Origin: Squalus acanthias | Lineage: Eukaryota | Direction of reading: 5' to 3' | Length of the DNA stretch: 64,000 nucleotides | NCBI GenBank assembly: GCA_030390025.1 | Contig: JASTWF010000034.1 | Location: 3,038,001 to 3,102,000 of the forward strand | Part shown: positions 62,901 through 64,000 of the stretch, one piece after another | How the letters are laid out: each line of letters begins with the position of its first letter | Numbering within the stretch: position 1 is the stretch's first letter | The notes under the pieces: generated by a model | What the model saw: only the letters and a program-made list of their open reading frames with translations | Told to the model about the DNA's origin: nothing | The model's database searches: none | Translations under genes and position numbers: made by a program

Positions 62901-64000
62901 TGATGACCACCCCCGACGGAAGGGGAATTTTAGGGACTGATGTGTTGGATCAGTATGGCGCGGTAATAGATTACAATCGGGACTGTGTTTGGATGGGATT
63001 GAGAAATAATGCAAAAGTGATAGAAATTTCCGATGCTCACTCGGTTTTTACTATTATAATGCTATCCGAGTTTGATCCTCCGGAAGCCATAAATGAAGCT
63101 GTGGCAAAACTAATTCAGGAACACCTAGCGATGCTGGCCACGTGCAAGCACGATTGTGGAAAAATGGGAGGCGAAGATTCTATTGAGGGACCCCCCCACT
63201 CATTCACTAAACAGTACCCCATCCCAAGAGAGAATCACCCGAGACAACATAAAATCACTAGTCGAGAAGGGTGGTGTTAGGACAGGCATTTCCACAACCA
63301 ATTCACCCACATGGCCGGTTAAAAAGCCTGATAGCAGCTGGCGACTGACTTCTGATTACAGAAAGTTAAATTCTGTAACGCCAGCCTGCTCACCGTTAGT
63401 AAGAGAAGCTCCCACCATATTATCTCAAATTCCTGCTGGTTCCAAGTACTTCTCGACCCTCGACATCGCCAATTGATTCTGGAGTATCCCTGTTAAAAGG
63501 GAGGACCAATACAAATTCGCGTTCACATTTGAGGACCAGAGCTACACCTGTCTCAGGGGTTCCACAATGCCCCCCATGATCTTCCACAAAAGAATGGCTG
63601 CAGTTTTAAAAGACTTTTCCTGCCCTACCTGCTTGCTACATTATGTAGACGATCTACTGCTGGCAACCGATAACATGGAGGAGCATCGGTCCCTTTTGCA
63701 TGAACTGGTGACATTGTTGGCTCAGGCGGGACTAAAGGTGAATCCCCGTAAGGCTCAGTTGGTAAAAGAACGGGTCACCTTTCTGGGAATGTCCATTTCT
63801 CCAGAGGGATCGTCTCCCGACTCCCACAAGGTGGAGATAATACAGCGACTAACATGACCCTCTTCCAAAACAGCCCTACGATCATTCTTCGGTTTGGTGG
63901 GCTACCAAAGGGACTTGATCCCAGGCGTTGCAGAGTGCGCAAACCCCTGTATGATTTGATAAAACTGCAGGGTGATGACATACTCCCGGCATGGACTGAT
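59950..64000 (+). mobile_element. Endogenous retrovirus-like element R2: LTR (to 60586)-PBS-gag-pro-RT, runs off window, pseudogenised
   Basis: TATAAAA 60291, AATAAA 60527, LTR end CTTACA 60586, degenerate tRNA-Pro PBS TGTTGGTTCGTCCAGGAT 60591-60608 (14/18); gag ATG 60713 with coiled coil and WFNCEKEGHLAKHC knuckle; protease IIDTGSAVT; RT WPVKKPDSSWRL, LDIAN, HYVDDLLLA. Confidence 0.92.

Overview
Eukaryotic, repeat-dense vertebrate DNA, most likely a cartilaginous fish (inferred from DeuSINE/SacSINE1-type SINEs, HER1/CR1-type LINEs, Penelope remnants and a shark-type 'GPR139-like' receptor). Layout: (1) 1-9692 a 51/52-bp satellite with higher-order duplications and a solo LTR (4-bp TSD); (2) 9693-14232 a full-length PIF/Harbinger transposon (DDE transposase with one premature stop, plus a convergent 3-exon Myb/SANT gene); (3) one host gene, a minus-strand class A GPCR whose 7TM exon (16287-17176) has TWO candidate in-frame first exons with paralogous promoters (23947-24037 and 42061-42283); its introns hold a second decayed Harbinger, two related MITEs, CR1/L2 LINEs, SINEs, Penelope fragments with minimal hammerhead ribozymes and several minisatellites; a 27-bp YY1-motif array lies just past its stop codon; (4) 48692-64000 three related retrovirus-like elements (dual RNase H, YVDD, coiled-coil Gag; lokiretrovirus-like by inference), two of which share an in-frame UGA-C gag/pro junction. 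No prokaryotic features, CRISPR array, rRNA or true tRNA gene were found. All alignments and translations outside the ORF track were done by eye; boundaries of old repeats are approximate.
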